From assembly GCA_963755125.1 (NCBI GenBank), contig CAVWIP010000011.1:158256-222255 (forward strand): 64,000 nt of DNA, read 5' to 3'. This DNA is from an uncultured delta proteobacterium (lineage in GTDB: Bacteria; Myxococcota_A; Polyangia; Fen-1088). How positions within the stretch are numbered: position 1 is the first letter of the stretch; the number at the start of each line of letters is the position of its first letter. The notes under the pieces were generated by a model. The model did not search any database. It was not told the origin of the DNA and worked only from the letters and a program-made list of their open reading frames with translations. The position numbers and the translations under genes were made by a program. Of the stretch, positions 9,022 through 19,915 are shown piece after piece.

Positions 9022-10875
9022 TCAGAAAATCGGTGCGCAGGTCGAGACACCCGCGCCGACGATGTTGCGGCCGGTGTCGGCGATGACGGTGGCGATGGTC
9101 TGGGGCGTGTCGCGCGGCACTTGATACACCGACGAGTCGAGGAATATCCAGAACGATCCGCCCCAGAACTTCACGGCGAAAGACCGGTACGAAGTCGAGT
9201 TGAGCGACGGGTAAGAGTGGCTCTCCAGGGTCGCGCCGCTGGAGGGATCAAGCCGCACCAGGACCGTCTGGTCGTCCGGGGTCAGCAAGTTCGGGATGAA
9301 GCCCCACAGGCTGCCGTCGCCCGTTCCGGTCAGCTCCGCGTTGCCGGCGGTAATCATCCCAATCGGCGTCACCGCCAGCGAAGGAAACGACACTGTGGCC
9401 AGCTCCGACTGCGTATTAGTCGTGTTGTATCCACCGGCGATGTACAGAGTGTCGGCGTTGGTCGACGGATCGAACACGAAACCCATGCCAAAGCCAGATC
9501 CGAACGGGCCGTGCGGATCCACTTTGAAGCTCGTCGCCTGGCATTGTCCCGTTCCGGTATCCACCTTGAAAAACTCGCTGTCTGAATAGACCACCCAGGC
9601 GACCGCGTTCTGATCGACCGCCATCGAGAACGGGTGAGAATAGCTTCGACAGTCGAGCACAGCGATGTCGGTGAAGGTCAAGGTCGCGGGATCGAAGCGC
9701 GAGAACATGCCAGTGGTCCCGTCCACGGTGTAGATCCACTGGCTGGCCTCGGTGCAGGCCGTGCTGATCGTGGCTGTCAGCGGGATCGTCGCGTTCGGTG
9801 CGTGAACATCGCCAGTTTGCAGGACCAGCGTTCCGGTCCGAACGTGTGGTGGAGCGCTGTCGAACGCGCCGAAGCTGACGGAGATGGCCTGATTGGCGCC
9901 CGGCGCGACGGTGAACGCGAGCGCCTGCGTCGGGTCAAGCGTGAAGCCTGGATCGGTGCCGAGGCCGAATCCGACGCCCGAAACCTGGCAGGCGTCGGTG
10001 CCTTGGTTGACCAACGTGACGGCCCGGCTGGTGGTGGTGTTGAGAATGACGTTACCGAAGTCCAGGCTGGCAGGCGCGATGCTCAGCACGCAGCCGATGT
10101 CGATGTCGGCCGAGAGCGGGATGCTCACCGTCGCTTGCGTCGCATCGGTGCTCGCGAACACCAGATGCCCAGTCCTGTGGTGCGGAGCCGTTGCATCGGT
10201 TGCGTTGAAGGCCACGGCGATCGATTGTTCATCGCCGGGCGAAAGCGTGAAGCTGGAGACCTGTCCCGGGCCGAGCGCGAACTGCGGGTCACTGCCCTGG
10301 CCAATGGCGACATCTGCAATGTCGCAGGGACCGCTGCCGGTGTCCGTGACCAGGACCGGGCCGGCGGCGCTGCTGCCGATGGGGACTTGCCCAAAGTCGA
10401 CGGCCAGCGGTGAAACCGCGATCGTGCAGTTGGTGTGGATGGCGCCGGAAAGTGGCACCTCCACGCGCGGCTGGAACGGATCGCTGGTTTGCAGAACCAG
10501 GGTTCCCATGCGCTGGAGCGGCACCGCCGCGCTTGCTGGGCTGAAGCTCACCGCCACCGTCGTGTGCTCGCCCGGACTCAGAACCAGCGCGGCCGACATC
10601 GGCGGCCCGAGAGAAAAGCTTGGATCGGAACTGGGGTCCAGCGTGCCGCTGGAGATCTGGCAGGCATCGTTGCCGCGGTCGGAAATGCTGACGGTCATTG
10701 TCACCAGGGCACCCGGCGCGACTTGCCCGAAGTCGAGTGTCGCAGGAGTGACGTCGACCGAGCACATCGGCAAGAGCGGGGTCCGACCGCACGCCATCCA
10801 TAGGAGCAGGGTGAACCCGAGAAGCATTCGCCCACTCAGGGACTTCGCCGTCGCTGCTGCCTTGCTATTGCGCAT
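9022..10875 (-). CDS. Lipoprotein with three tandem choice-of-anchor D/ASH-like Ig domains and C-terminal beta-propeller-like domain
   Basis: AAGGAG SD before MRNSK; lipobox WMAC; three ~112 aa repeats starting C-x4-P-x3-DFG; C-terminal WGGSFWIF...GAGVSTCAP. Confidence 0.8.
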   Translation of the reverse strand: MRNSKAAATAKSLSGRMLLGFTLLLWMACGRTPLLPMCSVDVTPATLDFGQVAPGALVTMTVSISDRGNDACQISSGTLDPSSDPSFSLGPPMSAALVLSPGEHTTVAVSFSPASAAVPLQRMGTLVLQTSDPFQPRVEVPLSGAIHTNCTIAVSPLAVDFGQVPIGSSAAGPVLVTDTGSGPCDIADVAIGQGSDPQFALGPGQVSSFTLSPGDEQSIAVAFNATDATAPHHRTGHLVFASTDATQATVSIPLSADIDIGCVLSIAPASLDFGNVILNTTTSRAVTLVNQGTDACQVSGVGFGLGTDPGFTLDPTQALAFTVAPGANQAISVSFGAFDSAPPHVRTGTLVLQTGDVHAPNATIPLTATISTACTEASQWIYTVDGTTGMFSRFDPATLTFTDIAVLDCRSYSHPFSMAVDQNAVAWVVYSDSEFFKVDTGTGQCQATSFKVDPHGPFGSGFGMGFVFDPSTNADTLYIAGGYNTTNTQSELATVSFPSLAVTPIGMITAGNAELTGTGDGSLWGFIPNLLTPDDQTVLVRLDPSSGATLESHSYPSLNSTSYRSFAVKFWGGSFWIFLDSSVYQVPRDTPQTIATVIADTGRNIVGAGVSTCAPIF

Positions 10876-11341
10876 GGATCTTCTCCTTGCACTGCTCGTC
10901 AGACCACCAAGTCCAACAACCCTCCGGCCGCAGGCTGCGACACCCGCCAGCCGGCCAGATCGGATCCACGAGGCGGAGCCGACCGCCAGCAGAGTGTCCC
11001 GAGAGGAAGGTTCCGAGCATGCGGCCCAGTCTACCGCGTCTGCCGTGACTGCCATGGCTGTTCTTTGAGAAGTCCGTTGATCGCGCGGCCCTCCGGTACA
11101 CAGCAGGGAGACCGCCGAGCCAAAAGAATAGGGTTCAGCCTGTAGGCTACCTGGAGTCGATCTCGCAAAGGCGCGGGCTATGCCGAGACTCGGCACAAGC
11201 CGCCGAATTGCGCGTTTCCACCCGACTTTCGCCGGGATACCTGGGTAGCCAGCAAACATGTCGTGGAATTTTGGGGTAGGTCGAGTCCCATCAACGTCGA
11301 CGTGTTATCCTGGACGGCATCAACACAACCTGGAGGCTAAA

Positions 11342-11722
11342 ATGAGAATGTTGCGACTTCTGACTTGTCTGCTGTTCGGAGCAGTCATGGCTGCGGGCTG
11401 CGGCAGCTCCCCGTCTAACGACAACACCGCGCCCATCACTGACAATCCCTACGACACTTGCTACTCGGGGGACAGCTGCGCGGGCGGCTTGACCTGCATT
11501 GGCACCAACCTTCCCGCTTCTTCGGGCTACACAGGATACTTCTGCACATCAGTTTGCAGTTTCGACACCGACTGTCTCCAGATTCCGACGAACTACACGG
11601 CCAGCTGTGTCAACGGGCTATGCTACCTAACCTGCCCTGCTGGCAGTTCCACATGTCCCTACGACCAAAGCTGCTTCACCTTCGACAGCAACCTCGGTTC
11701 CATCGACCTCTGTACGCCGTAG
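11342..11722 (+). CDS. Small Cys-rich lipoprotein
   Basis: GGAGG SD; lipobox AAGC; many regularly spaced Cys. Confidence 0.75.
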   Translation: MRMLRLLTCLLFGAVMAAGCGSSPSNDNTAPITDNPYDTCYSGDSCAGGLTCIGTNLPASSGYTGYFCTSVCSFDTDCLQIPTNYTASCVNGLCYLTCPAGSSTCPYDQSCFTFDSNLGSIDLCTP

Positions 11723-12123
11723 GGGGATCGGCCGCCAACAAAAACCTCAGTGAGATTCAGCGTGCCGCAGTTGCAGACCGAAGCACCGGGAATGTCCGCG
11801 CATGCAGAATGGGTCGCAGGCAAGAGGTGTGGCCGCTGGTTGGTGAGCAAGCTAAGCGAATCAGTCACCGCTGATTTTTCATAGCGTGGTAGGAAACGCA
11901 GGGCACGACTTCCACGTCTGCCAGTTGCTTGAGGGCTTCGTCTTTGGTCACGCGCGCATTTTGGCCCACCGGCGCGTGCAGATCCAGACACCGGGTTGGC
12001 CGCCGCATCCAGGCGCCATGTGACGACTAAAGTCCCTTGCCAGCTCTGCCGACAACAATCCCGGTCGTTTGCTGACTCGCGTGCGCCGACATGTACACCA
12101 TCGAGGGGTGTAAAGGAGGATCC

Positions 12124-12651
12124 GTGAACCCATCTCAGAGGGAAGTACCCAGGCCCGTGCCGGCAGCGACGCGCCGTCGGTCGACCCGAGCCAGATGGGT
12201 GCTCGCGACTTCGATTGTTCTGGCGTTGCTGGCTGTGCTAGGCGGAGGCCTGCGTGCGGAAGCGCCGCCGGTTCTGGCGGTGATCGTACACCCGGGCGTG
12301 CCGGCCACCACCCTGGGCGCGGCGGAGCTGGCGTCGATCTTCACGCGGGCGACCCGGAGCTGGAAGGACGGCAGCCCGATACGGCCGCTCAACCTGCCGC
12401 CCGGCACTCCCGAGCGCGCCGAGTTCGACCGGGTCGTGCTCAACATGAGCCCGGATCGCAGCGCCCAGTACTGGATCGATCGCCAGGTGCGCGGCGACGA
12501 GCCCGCGCCCAAGGCGATTGCCAAGGCGGACATCGTGGTGCGGCTCATCCCCACGCTGACCGGATCGATCGGCTACGTTCCCGCGGACAAGGTGGACGCC
12601 AAGTCGCGCGTGGTCGCGCGCATTCGCGACGGGAAAGTGGTGGCGCCGTGA
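12124..12651 (+). CDS. Small periplasmic-binding-protein-like protein (phosphate ABC substrate-binding-like)
   Basis: AGGAGG SD then GTG; signal peptide; AVIVHP, ELASIF..SW.DG, YW, GSIGYV. Confidence 0.75.
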   Translation: MNPSQREVPRPVPAATRRRSTRARWVLATSIVLALLAVLGGGLRAEAPPVLAVIVHPGVPATTLGAAELASIFTRATRSWKDGSPIRPLNLPPGTPERAEFDRVVLNMSPDRSAQYWIDRQVRGDEPAPKAIAKADIVVRLIPTLTGSIGYVPADKVDAKSRVVARIRDGKVVAP

Positions 12652-14048
12652 GGCTGGCCTGCGTCGCCGCGTGGGCTTCCACATTTCTGCTGCTTGCCGT
12701 CGTGCCGGCGGGCGCGCAAGACACCACCGCCGGAGCCACGCCGGCCGAGGCCGCGCCCACCATCGAATCGCTGCGCGCCGAGATCCGGGAGGCTGACGCG
12801 AGACAGGCCCAGGAGATCCAGCGGCTCAAGGACGAGATCGCTCAGCGCGAGGTAGAGGCCTCGGTCGCCCACGAGCGCGAGGCGGCCGAGCACGAACGGC
12901 TGCTGCGCGTGTACGGCTTCGCCGACTTCGGCATCATGCGCACCATTGCGCCCAAGGACGCAATGGTGGCCAGCGAGTTCACCACGCCGCTGACCTTCTA
13001 CCTCGGCCGGTTGAACCTGTACTACGACGCGCGCCCGGACCCGGATTTCCGTTTCCTGGCCGAGACGCGCCTGACCCTGTATCCCAATGGCACCAGCGCC
13101 GGCGTCAGTTCCACCGGACAGGTGATCCAGACCTCGACTGCGGTGGGCGATATCTCCAGTCCCAATGCCTCGGCCACCGTCACCTGGGGCAGCATCATCC
13201 TCGAGCGTGCCGTGCTCGACTGGACCCGTTACCCGCTGTTCTCGGTGCGCGCCGGTCTGTTCCTCACACCCTTCGGCATCTACAACGTCGACCATGGCTC
13301 GCCGACCTTGATCAGCATGACCCTGCCCAGCTACCTCAGCCAGAACTGGATCCCGGCGCGGCAACTGGGCGTGCAGATCTTCGGCAGCTATCCCATCGCC
13401 CCCTGGGAACTGGGCTACGCCCTCACCGTGAGCAACGGCGCCAGCGACGGGATCCTGGACTTGGGCGACTCCAAGGCCTATGGCGGCCGCCTCTTCATCC
13501 GGCGCCAGGGTGAATTGTCGCTGACCCTGGGCGGCTCGCTGCTGTACCAGCCCTATCGTCAGGACAAGGATCAGTTCGGCATGGCGGCCGACGGCAGCCT
13601 CACCTACACAGTCACGCGCGTGGTCGAGCGAACCGGGCTGACCCTGGGCGGCGACCTGTCCGTCGATTTCCGGGGCTTCCGCCTGCGCAGTGAGCTCGTG
13701 ATGTATCAGGTGAACTACACGGCCGGCAAGCGCGCCCTGGCCGCCCAAGACATCAACGGTGGCTACGAGCCCGACATGCGCAACGTGAACTGGTACGTGG
13801 TGGCGGCCTACCGCGTGTGGAGGCTGGAGCCGTATCTGTTGTCGGATCTGACCAAGGTTTCACCGGTGCAGGCCACGCTGGACACCGCCTGGGGCCTGGG
13901 CGGCGGGTTGAACGTCTATCTGCGCTCCAACGTCATCGTCAAGCTCAACTGGGCCCACGCCATGTTCTTCAAACAGAACGATCCGAACGACACCGCTTCC
14001 AGGCAGAACTTCGACACCTTCGTCGGAATGCTGGTCTGGGCGTTCTAA
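12648..14048 (+). CDS. Outer-membrane beta-barrel porin with N-terminal coiled coil (paralog 1)
   Basis: GTGA overlap with upstream gene; signal peptide; GLFLTPFGIYNVDH; C-terminal ...VWAF. Confidence 0.75.
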   Translation: MRLACVAAWASTFLLLAVVPAGAQDTTAGATPAEAAPTIESLRAEIREADARQAQEIQRLKDEIAQREVEASVAHEREAAEHERLLRVYGFADFGIMRTIAPKDAMVASEFTTPLTFYLGRLNLYYDARPDPDFRFLAETRLTLYPNGTSAGVSSTGQVIQTSTAVGDISSPNASATVTWGSIILERAVLDWTRYPLFSVRAGLFLTPFGIYNVDHGSPTLISMTLPSYLSQNWIPARQLGVQIFGSYPIAPWELGYALTVSNGASDGILDLGDSKAYGGRLFIRRQGELSLTLGGSLLYQPYRQDKDQFGMAADGSLTYTVTRVVERTGLTLGGDLSVDFRGFRLRSELVMYQVNYTAGKRALAAQDINGGYEPDMRNVNWYVVAAYRVWRLEPYLLSDLTKVSPVQATLDTAWGLGGGLNVYLRSNVIVKLNWAHAMFFKQNDPNDTASRQNFDTFVGMLVWAF

Positions 14049-14062
14049 TCAGGGAGATCACC

Positions 14063-14452
14063 ATGCGTATTTCACAGTCATGGATGCCGGGCCTGCTCGC
14101 CACAGTCGCCGCGTTTTCGCTTGCCGCACTGGTCTCGGCGTGCAGCGAGGACCACCCGTGCAGCGCCGACGAGGAATTCCGCGGTGGGTACTGCTATCCC
14201 ACGGATGCCGGCCAGCCGACCGACGCCAGCGCTGGCGGTGCAGACGATGGTGGAGGGGGAGGCACATTTGGCCAGACCTGTGCCACAGCGGCCGATTGTG
14301 CGGCGCCCGCGAGTTTCTGCGCCCCGAGCCCCCTGCTGTACTGCACGGCCTTCGGTTGCGACACGGATCCGACCGTCTGTCCGGCGGGTTGGACCTGCCT
14401 GGATCTGACGAACTTCGGCGCTCCAGGCCAGCACATGTGCCTGAAACCGTGA
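14063..14452 (+). CDS. Small Cys-rich lipoprotein
   Basis: GGGAG SD; lipobox VSAC; Cys-rich domain similar in style to 11342-11722. Confidence 0.75.
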   Translation: MRISQSWMPGLLATVAAFSLAALVSACSEDHPCSADEEFRGGYCYPTDAGQPTDASAGGADDGGGGGTFGQTCATAADCAAPASFCAPSPLLYCTAFGCDTDPTVCPAGWTCLDLTNFGAPGQHMCLKP

Positions 14453-14474
14453 ACCAGGGAAAGACGATCGCGCT

Positions 14475-15881
14475 GTGAAGCCCACTCGCTCTGTTCTCCT
14501 GCTGGCGGCCCTGCCGTGGTTTGCAGCCTCGTCAGGCAACGCACAAGAAGCGCCGGCTGAGGCACCGCCTGCTTTTGCGCCGGCCGAGGCGCCGCCCACC
14601 GTGCAATCGTTGCGGGACGAGCTGCACCAGATGGAGGCCCGGCGCGCTCAGGAGATCGAGGAGCTCAAAGAAGAGCTGGCCGGGCGTGAAGCCGAGGCGG
14701 ACGTGGCGCAAGAGCGCGAGGCGGCCGAGCACGAACGGCTGCTGCGCATCTACGGTTTCGCCGACTTTGGCATCATGCGCACCATCGCGCCCAAGGATGG
14801 TGCCTATGCCAGCGAGTTCACCACGCCACTGACCTTCTACCTCGGCCGGCTGAACCTGTACTACGACGCGCATCCGGCCAGCGACTTCCGTTTCCTGGCC
14901 GAGACGCGCCTGAGCCTCTATCCCAATGGCACCACCGCTGGCGTCAGTCCCACCGGGCAGGTGATCCAGACGTCGACCCAGGTCAATGACATCTCCAGCC
15001 CCAATGCCTCGGCCAGCGTCACCTGGGGGAGCATCATCCTGGAACGCGCCGTGCTCGACTGGACGCGGTACTCGCTGTTTTCGGTACGCGCCGGCCTTTT
15101 CCTCACGCCTTTTGGCATTTACAATGTCGATCACGGCTCGCCCACGCTGATCGCTGTCACCTTGCCGATCTACATCAGCGAGGGGTGGATCCCGGAACAG
15201 CAACTCGGGTTGCAGATATTCGGCAACTATCCCATTGCGCCCTGGGAGCTGGGCTACTTCGCCACGGTCAGCAATGGCCGTAGCGACGGAATCCTGGATG
15301 TCGGCGATTCCAAGGCCTACGGTGGCCGCGTGTTCGCCCGGCGGCAGGGCGAGCTGTCGCTGACCCTGGGCGGCTCGATTCTGTACCAGCCCTATCGAAA
15401 GAACCTGGACCAGTTCGGCCTGGCTGCCGACGGAAGCGTCACCTACAGCAGCACGCGCGTGGTGGAGCGTACCATGCTTACGCTGGGAGGCGACCTGGCC
15501 GTCGACTACCGCGGCCTGCGTCTGCGCACCGAGGTGGTCACGTACCAGACGCGGTACACGCCGGGCAAGCGCCAACCCACCGACGATGTCATGGGCGGCC
15601 TGGCACCCGATGAACACGATATCACCTGGTTCATGGTGCTCGCCTACCGGTTCTGGCGGCTCGAGCCCTATCTCTTCTCGGAGTTGTTCGTCGACTCCCC
15701 GACCCAGAATCTGACCGAGGCCTGGCTCCCGGGGCTGGGCCTCAACCTCTACCTGCGGCCGAACATCATAGTGAAGACCTCATGGATCCACCCCATGTTC
15801 TGGAAGGACAACGATCCGCAGAACATAGCCTCACAGCAAAATTTCCACACCTTCACTGCGATGCTGGTCTGGGCGTTTTAG
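14475..15881 (+). CDS. Outer-membrane beta-barrel porin (paralog 2)
   Basis: Long identical stretches shared with paralog 1 (e.g. YGFADFGIMRTIAPKD, SEFTTPLTFYLGRLNLYYDA); ends VWAF. Confidence 0.8.
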   Translation: MKPTRSVLLLAALPWFAASSGNAQEAPAEAPPAFAPAEAPPTVQSLRDELHQMEARRAQEIEELKEELAGREAEADVAQEREAAEHERLLRIYGFADFGIMRTIAPKDGAYASEFTTPLTFYLGRLNLYYDAHPASDFRFLAETRLSLYPNGTTAGVSPTGQVIQTSTQVNDISSPNASASVTWGSIILERAVLDWTRYSLFSVRAGLFLTPFGIYNVDHGSPTLIAVTLPIYISEGWIPEQQLGLQIFGNYPIAPWELGYFATVSNGRSDGILDVGDSKAYGGRVFARRQGELSLTLGGSILYQPYRKNLDQFGLAADGSVTYSSTRVVERTMLTLGGDLAVDYRGLRLRTEVVTYQTRYTPGKRQPTDDVMGGLAPDEHDITWFMVLAYRFWRLEPYLFSELFVDSPTQNLTEAWLPGLGLNLYLRPNIIVKTSWIHPMFWKDNDPQNIASQQNFHTFTAMLVWAF

Positions 15882-18800
15882 GCTCGGCAGTCGGGCTGTT
15901 TGCAACGGAAACCGGGTGCGATCAGGTGGGCGATGCTATCGGGATCCAGCACGCCCTGCTTGATCATCCAGCGCCGTGATCGGTCAGCCAGTTCCTCGCC
16001 CTCGGGGTTGTTGCACAGCTCGCCCAGCCAGCGGCGGCCCGACTCGGCCAGCAACAGGGCGCTGGCGGCCTCGGCGGTGGCCACCGCACGCTCCAGCGCG
16101 ACAACGGCCACGGCACGCGAAGGCGCCGGTTCCAGCCAGCGGATGCCGGCCTCCAGCAGCGCGCCCATGGCGACGCCGGTCTGGTGCTCGGCGCGGGCCA
16201 AGCTGCGCGCGTGCGAGCGCGCCTGGCGCAGGTACGGGAGGCGCTCCTGCACCGGCAGGGTCTCGGCCATGGCAAGCGCCACCCGGCCCGAGATCCACGC
16301 GTGCTCGATGCGGATGCCGCTGATCTTCAACAGCCGGGATTCGGCAAACCGCTCGTGCTCGGCTGCCAGCGCGTCCCGGGCCTGATCGGGACGCTCGCGG
16401 TACAGCGCCTGTTCGCAGCGCGCGTACAGGTGGAAGAAGTGTTGCACGTGGTACAAGTCGCGCGGCCAGGAATCCAGTACGCCCTCGATGTCGCGCGCGG
16501 CGCGATCGGGATCGTCGCGCATCAACCAGACGGTGGACTGGTAGGTGCGCAGGTTGGTGGCCAGGAAGCGGTCGCCCGTGCGATCGGCGTCCGCGGTGTA
16601 GCGATCGAAACATTCGCCCAGCTCGCGCAGCCGGCCCGACAGGCGCAAGGAGAAGCACGCGAACGAGCGCGTGGTGGCCAGCTCCCAGCCCACGTTCAGA
16701 CAGTGTGTGAGCAGGTACTGCTCGACCGCGCCAAGTTCGTTCGCCACCGCGTCGAACTCGCCAGCGAAGTAGCGAACCATGGCCCGGCACATGCGCGCCA
16801 GCCCGATGGTGGGCGCGTCCGACGACCGGCGCGCTAGGATCTCGGCTTGCGCCACCAGGCGATTAGCCCAGCCCAGGTACGGCTTGCCCAGCGCCGCCAG
16901 TTGTCCGGCCAGCACGCCCAGCCCCTGCGCCACGCGCCGGATGTCCCCGGCCTTGAGCGCCAGCAGGAGAAAGCGCAGCAGGAAATCGTCGGCGCGCAGG
17001 GTGTCCACCACGCCCAGACCGGTGTTCACCGACCACAACACGTCGAGCAGGCGGGCCTGCTCGGCCGGGATACTGGAGGGCGGCCGTTCCTCGAACTTGA
17101 TTCCGCGCACGCGCAGCCACAGCAGGCGCCAGGTCACCGCCACGAGCGCGTGCCGCGGGCCGCGCGCCAGGCGCAGCCCGGCCTGGTCCAGTACCTTGTC
17201 CAGGATCTCCAGTCCGCGCACGATGTGGCCTCCGCGCAGAAGCTGCTCGGCCGCCAGGTGGTGCAGGCGCAGCGCCAGATCGGGCTCGCTCAGCGCGGCG
17301 GCTTGCTGGTACGCCTCGGCAGCCAGCGAGGGCAGACCATTGGAGGCCTGGCAGTCGCCCAGCGCGTGCAGAAGTTCGCGCCTGGCATCCGGGTGCGACT
17401 CCAGTGCCGCCGCGGTTTGGTATAGCTGCGCGGCGCGATCGAAGGCCAGCTTGGTACGCGCCTGGACCGCCGCCTCACGAGCGTAGTGCTTGGCGCGCTC
17501 GTGGTCGTCCGCCTCCAGCCAGTAGCGGGCCAGCATGTCGGTGCGCTCGCGACCCCATTTTTCCATGGCGTGCGCGATGTCTGTGCGTAGTTGCCGTAGC
17601 GCCGCCGCATCCAGACCACCCAGCACTGCCTCACCGATGCGATCGTGGTACGGCTCGACCACGTCCGATCCCTGTCCGCCGCCGCGCCGGATCAGGCGTG
17701 CCTGCGTTAGCGCCGAGATGCCGCGTTCCCAGCCCTCGGATCCGAGCGCTACGCCGGCTGCATCGGCCAGCGCCTTCTGCGGCAGCGAACCGCCTGCCAC
17801 TGCGATGACCTTGAGCAGGCTCTGGCTCTCCGCGGGCAAGGCGCGCAAACGCTCCAGGATCAGGGCATCTAGGCTTACCACCTCCCCGGCGGTGAGGTCA
17901 GATGGCTCGCCTCGCGGCAACACCACGTCGCACAGGTAGCGTATCAGCTCCAGCGTGAACAACGGGTTACCGCCCGCTTCCTGCAATACTGCTACCGCCA
18001 GGCGCTGCTTCACCGGCTGGTCGATTTCGCCCGAGGCGGCCAGGCGATCCACGAGGGCCGAGGCCGCCTCCGGCGACAACGGCCCGACCTCGACACGTTT
18101 CACTGCGGGATATGCGGCGATGGCACGCAACGGGGCCGCCAGCGGATCGTCCGGGGAGACCGGCCGGCAGGTGGCCACCAGCATCAGGCCCGGCACGCCA
18201 GTGTCGCGCAGCAGGGACTGCAACAGCGCGAAGCTGTCGCGGTCAGCCCATTGCAGATCGTCGATGAAAGCCACCACCGGCTGCCGGTGCGCCAGGCGGG
18301 TCAGCAACTCGCGGAATACGGAAAAAGCCCGGTTGCGCAGCTCGGTCGCATCCTGCACGGTCGGCAGCCAGTAGCGCGCGCGATCCAGTTGCTCCAGGCG
18401 GCGCATCACCGGGAAGATCTCGGACAGATACGCTGCGCCCTCGGGCAGCACCTGCGCCAGCTCGCCGGTGCCCAGGCTGACCAGATTGTGGGCGAGCGCG
18501 TCCACGATGCTGTCAAAGGCTTTGAAGGGCAGGGTCTCGCGCTCGTGGCAGCGGCCACGCAGGATGAGAGGCTTGCGAAACGGGTCGGCGCTGGCCGTGA
18601 CGTGATCGAGGAAGCGCTCGACCAGCGCGGTCTTGCCTATGCCCGAACTGCCTTCGACCAACACCAGACCCAAGTTGCCGGCGCACGCACTGCTGTAGCC
18701 GCGGCGCAAGGTCTGCAGCTCTGCCGCACGGCCGATGAACACCGGGGCGCCGGCGCGGACCGGCGCACTTTCAATCTCGGACAGCGGCTCCGGCGTGGAC

Positions 18801-19672
18801 CCGGTGCCGAGCAGGGCCAGGATGTCCGCGCCGCCGGGTCGCTGCGCGGGATCGCGCCGCAGAAGCTGCATGCACAGCCGGCTCAGTTCGGGATCGGCCA
18901 GGGGATTGACCTCGACGGGTGCGGGCGGATCCTCGCTCTGCTTCTTGAGCAGAATCTCGACCAGCGCACCGCCATGGGGCAAGCGGCCGGTCAGCACTTC
19001 GTACAGCATGGCGCCCACCGCGTACCAGTCGGCGGCCGGCTGCGACGGTTTGTCCTTCGCCTGCTCGGGCGCCATGTAGGCCGGGGTTCCCAGCAGCCCG
19101 TCGCCCCCGAGTGACCGCGTGCCGGTCTGCCTGGCCAGGCCGAAGTCCAGGACCACCACCCGGCCCTCCGGTGTCACCAGCACGTTCGACGGCTTGAGGT
19201 CGCGGTGGATGCAGCCGGCCTCGTGCATCGCGTGCACCCCGGCGCATAGCTGCCTCAGCGCCTGGAGAAGGCGCTGCCGCTCGGGTTGCGGTCGGGACGT
19301 CACCTGCGCAGGATCGGTGCGGCGCAAGGTATCCGCCCCTTCCGGCGCGGACGATGCTGGAGAGTCGCCGGTCGGCGCCGGACCCAGCAGATACACGTCG
19401 AAGGGCACGCCGGCCACGTACTCCATAGTGAACAGCCACAACGGCCCCTCGCAGATCAGTTCGTGCAGCGTGGCCAGGTTGGGGTGCTTGATGTCGGCCA
19501 ACGAACGGAATTCGCTCTTGAAACGGTACAGATCCATGCCACCGGACAGGTCCAGCAGCTTCAGCGCCACCTCCGCGCCCAGTTGCCGATCGAAGACCAG
19601 ATACACGGTGCCCATGGCTCCGCTGCCGAGGTGGCGGATGACCTTGAACCGGTCGGTGCCCACGAACGACAT
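15878..19672 (-). CDS. Ser/Thr protein kinase fused to P-loop ATPase (AAA_16/STAND-like) and TPR-like region
   Basis: GSGAMG, VALK, HRDLKPSN, DFG, GTPAYMAPE; Walker A GSSGIGKT; Walker B FIDDLQWAD; GGNPLF. Confidence 0.9.
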   Translation of the reverse strand: MSFVGTDRFKVIRHLGSGAMGTVYLVFDRQLGAEVALKLLDLSGGMDLYRFKSEFRSLADIKHPNLATLHELICEGPLWLFTMEYVAGVPFDVYLLGPAPTGDSPASSAPEGADTLRRTDPAQVTSRPQPERQRLLQALRQLCAGVHAMHEAGCIHRDLKPSNVLVTPEGRVVVLDFGLARQTGTRSLGGDGLLGTPAYMAPEQAKDKPSQPAADWYAVGAMLYEVLTGRLPHGGALVEILLKKQSEDPPAPVEVNPLADPELSRLCMQLLRRDPAQRPGGADILALLGTGSTPEPLSEIESAPVRAGAPVFIGRAAELQTLRRGYSSACAGNLGLVLVEGSSGIGKTALVERFLDHVTASADPFRKPLILRGRCHERETLPFKAFDSIVDALAHNLVSLGTGELAQVLPEGAAYLSEIFPVMRRLEQLDRARYWLPTVQDATELRNRAFSVFRELLTRLAHRQPVVAFIDDLQWADRDSFALLQSLLRDTGVPGLMLVATCRPVSPDDPLAAPLRAIAAYPAVKRVEVGPLSPEAASALVDRLAASGEIDQPVKQRLAVAVLQEAGGNPLFTLELIRYLCDVVLPRGEPSDLTAGEVVSLDALILERLRALPAESQSLLKVIAVAGGSLPQKALADAAGVALGSEGWERGISALTQARLIRRGGGQGSDVVEPYHDRIGEAVLGGLDAAALRQLRTDIAHAMEKWGRERTDMLARYWLEADDHERAKHYAREAAVQARTKLAFDRAAQLYQTAAALESHPDARRELLHALGDCQASNGLPSLAAEAYQQAAALSEPDLALRLHHLAAEQLLRGGHIVRGLEILDKVLDQAGLRLARGPRHALVAVTWRLLWLRVRGIKFEERPPSSIPAEQARLLDVLWSVNTGLGVVDTLRADDFLLRFLLLALKAGDIRRVAQGLGVLAGQLAALGKPYLGWANRLVAQAEILARRSSDAPTIGLARMCRAMVRYFAGEFDAVANELGAVEQYLLTHCLNVGWELATTRSFACFSLRLSGRLRELGECFDRYTADADRTGDRFLATNLRTYQSTVWLMRDDPDRAARDIEGVLDSWPRDLYHVQHFFHLYARCEQALYRERPDQARDALAAEHERFAESRLLKISGIRIEHAWISGRVALAMAETLPVQERLPYLRQARSHARSLARAEHQTGVAMGALLEAGIRWLEPAPSRAVAVVALERAVATAEAASALLLAESGRRWLGELCNNPEGEELADRSRRWMIKQGVLDPDSIAHLIAPGFRCKQPDCRA

Positions 19673-19678
19673 CGCTAG

Positions 19679-19915
19679 CGAAGCTCCGTCTCCAACCAGC
19701 GAGGTGACGACGGCCGACGATCTCGCGCAGAACCCTGGAAGGGTTCCGCGCCTCCCGCGACGGGCTTCGGCGAGCAAAGCTCGCCTGCGCCCACGCGGCT
19801 GGGCCGCTGGCCGTGCCGGTCGGGCCTGCGCTTCCGGTCCTCAAGTACATCAGTACATTCCGGTCCGGCGACGCGCGCGGCGGAGCCGCGGGGTGGGGTG
19901 GCGGGTATGGAGGCG
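19679..19915. mobile_element. Putative CTAG-flanked MITE/REP-like insert
   Basis: CTAG at 19675-19678 and 19916-19919; hairpin GGCGAGC-AAA-GCTCGCC at 19769-19785; terminal inverted repeats weak. Confidence 0.45.
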
